Positions 62,396-64,000 of a stretch of DNA of 64,000 bases are shown here, piece by piece. The notes beneath the pieces were generated by a model. It was not told the origin of the DNA, searched no databases, and was given only the letters and a program-made list of their open reading frames with translations. The DNA comes from Phormidium sp. (GTDB taxonomy: Bacteria; Cyanobacteriota; Cyanobacteriia; Cyanobacteriales; Aerosakkonemataceae). A program made the translations under genes and the position numbers. Location: assembly GCA_051013385.1 (NCBI GenBank), contig CP143273.1, positions 1,408,001 through 1,472,000 on the forward strand. The letters run 5' to 3'. How positions within the stretch are numbered: the first letter of the stretch is position 1; each line of letters opens with the position of its first letter.

Positions 62396-63577
62396 CTAGA
62401 TTTTACCTTTGATAAAATCCTGACCTACATTTTCAATATCCTGTTTTGAGGTAATGTTTAAATGCGAGTATCTGCCTATTTCTTTACGAATATCTTCCTT
62501 TAAAATATTTATTTGCATTTCCGATTCATTCCCAGTTAGTCGAAACTGTGCAAGTCGCTCAAGCACAGTAGTAACTGATAAACCAACTACAATTACGTAG
62601 GCAGATCCTGCTAATCCAGATATTGTCTCTGTTGCCAAGAATGCTGGAGGAAAAACAGCTGCTACAGCATCTAAAACAAAAGTAGCGGTTAAAGTCAATA
62701 AACCTTGTAAATTTGTACCTATAATGCTCATTAGCGGATCAATTAAATCCTCATAACCGTACAACTCCATCAAGACTTTAAGAAGGCTATACTGAGAAGC
62801 TCCTGTTGTCGCTGCCGTAGTTCCAGGTAATGGTATAAATGCAGCACCAAAGCAAGCTAACGCAGCAACTTGTATATAGTTCCATGCTACTTTTCTTTTA
62901 CTTTTGATTATTATTTTTTGTGAGGCAATAACTGCAAGTTCATAAATATCTGGAAGCTCAGAAAGCGTTGTTTTCACCAAGTTTTCCAATCCAAATGGCT
63001 TACAAATAGGCATTCCTCCCTTAACCATAGGCTCAGCAGCTACTCTAATGATGTTGTATACCTGCTTAAATTTATAACTTTTAATGACATCCTCAATTTT
63101 TTCTATATCCGAATCTTGAGCAATATCACACTTCGATATAACAATAATTAGGGGAATACTAAGGCTACTAATTTTCTTAATAATTTCAGCATCGAATTCT
63201 AAAAACCTACCAGTAGCAGCATTAACAACATACCAAACAAGATGTATTTTATGTTCTATTTCATATCGATGACTCCGTTCAAGGAATTCTACAACGTTTG
63301 AGACAAATTGTGATTCTTTATTTGGTTCATAACCAGCTGAATCATAAAGTACTACAGGTGGTTTTCCTTCTGAACTAGAGGAATAGCGTTTGAAGCCATC
63401 TGTAATCGGGCTTCCTGCCCCTGCTTTTGCTTCATTAGCTCCAAAAACGCAGTTAACCAAAGTACTTTTACCAGATCCACACATTCCAATTAGTGCAATG
63501 TTAGGAACTTTAAGCCTTTCTATTGATTCTCTCAACTCTGTCTCAATTCGTTGCTCAAATTCCCTATAACCTTGCAT
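62396..63577 (-). CDS. Era/YcjF-like GTPase with hydrophobic C-terminal region
   Basis: G1 GMCGSGKST, G3 DSAG, G4 SKCD; AAFIPLPG helix region. Confidence 0.8.
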   Translation of the reverse strand: MQGYREFEQRIETELRESIERLKVPNIALIGMCGSGKSTLVNCVFGANEAKAGAGSPITDGFKRYSSSSEGKPPVVLYDSAGYEPNKESQFVSNVVEFLERSHRYEIEHKIHLVWYVVNAATGRFLEFDAEIIKKISSLSIPLIIVISKCDIAQDSDIEKIEDVIKSYKFKQVYNIIRVAAEPMVKGGMPICKPFGLENLVKTTLSELPDIYELAVIASQKIIIKSKRKVAWNYIQVAALACFGAAFIPLPGTTAATTGASQYSLLKVLMELYGYEDLIDPLMSIIGTNLQGLLTLTATFVLDAVAAVFPPAFLATETISGLAGSAYVIVVGLSVTTVLERLAQFRLTGNESEMQINILKEDIRKEIGRYSHLNITSKQDIENVGQDFIKGKI

Positions 63578-63813
63578 AAAATATCTACCTCTTAGCCTGT
63601 CAATCTTAACTATTAATCAGAACTTGTAGTTTATTATAACATTAAATCCTCCACGCCCTTAATTTTTTAAGCTAAAACTGTTCAATTTTGTCACCACTTT
63701 CTTCACCAATTTCACTCTCTTCAATTTAATTTTATACAAAAAAGTAGAAAATTGTATTAAACTGTGCTAAATGTACGCTATAATACACAAAATGCTCCCA
63801 TCTACCTACATCA

Positions 63814-64000
63814 ATGAATCTTAAAGAAATGTTAAACCTCGCGGATAAAATAGTCTTCGAGAAAACGGGTCAGCACCTTGATGATTTACAAGAGGCGGTA
63901 CTGCGAGGAACTATAGAACGGGAGACATATAAGCAAATAGCTACGGATTTTGACTGTTCGGAAAGTACTGTGAGGAAAGTGGGAGCAGAATTATGGGAAA
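63814..64000 (+). CDS. N-terminal HTH (vWA-MoxR-associated type) protein, partial
   Basis: MNLKEMLNLADKIVFEKTGQHLDDLQEAVLRGTIERETYKQIATDFDCSESTVRKVGAELWE, the same pattern as the N-terminus of 33472; runs off the window. Confidence 0.75.
   Translation, partial: MNLKEMLNLADKIVFEKTGQHLDDLQEAVLRGTIERETYKQIATDFDCSESTVRKVGAELWE

Overview
A 64-kb window from a filamentous cyanobacterium, judged from abundant HIP1 GCGATCGC sites, STRR heptamer repeats, pcxA and a patX-hetR pair; probably an Oscillatoriales-type organism (inference). Housekeeping genes (pcxA, ahcY, dedA, xth, the probable ogdA-ssaD TCA bypass, hetR) alternate with accessory blocks. These are a HerA-like ATPase plus N4-C methyltransferase, three tandem Ser/Thr kinases, a TpsB transporter, a NERD-SF1 helicase carrying an in-frame MITE, an orphan ATPase with a nuclease-like tail, and two toxin-antitoxin arrays bounded by HIP1-rich repeats. 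The most notable block (about 30.8-50.1 kb) is a surface-signalling cluster: a coupled HTH-AAA_35 and AAA_35-adenylate cyclase-CHASE2 pair, two TpsA haemagglutinins, a TPR-CHAT protease and DUF928. Around that pair, one non-coding architecture occurs four times: 10-bp-phased CTGTAACTT boxes abutting a TCGAC(A/G)-N17/18-NAA(A/G)CT promoter. The copies face a PEP-CTERM gene, a comFB plus priming glycosyltransferase pair, a small ORF plus a decayed PEP-CTERM gene, and the 3' end of a TpsA gene (antisense). I read this as a candidate local regulon of the HTH-ATPase. I also found a 990-bp methyltransferase insertion bounded by an exact 26-bp duplication of the CHAT/DUF928 gene ends. No rRNA, tRNA or CRISPR array was recognised. 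All calls were made by eye; no searches were run.
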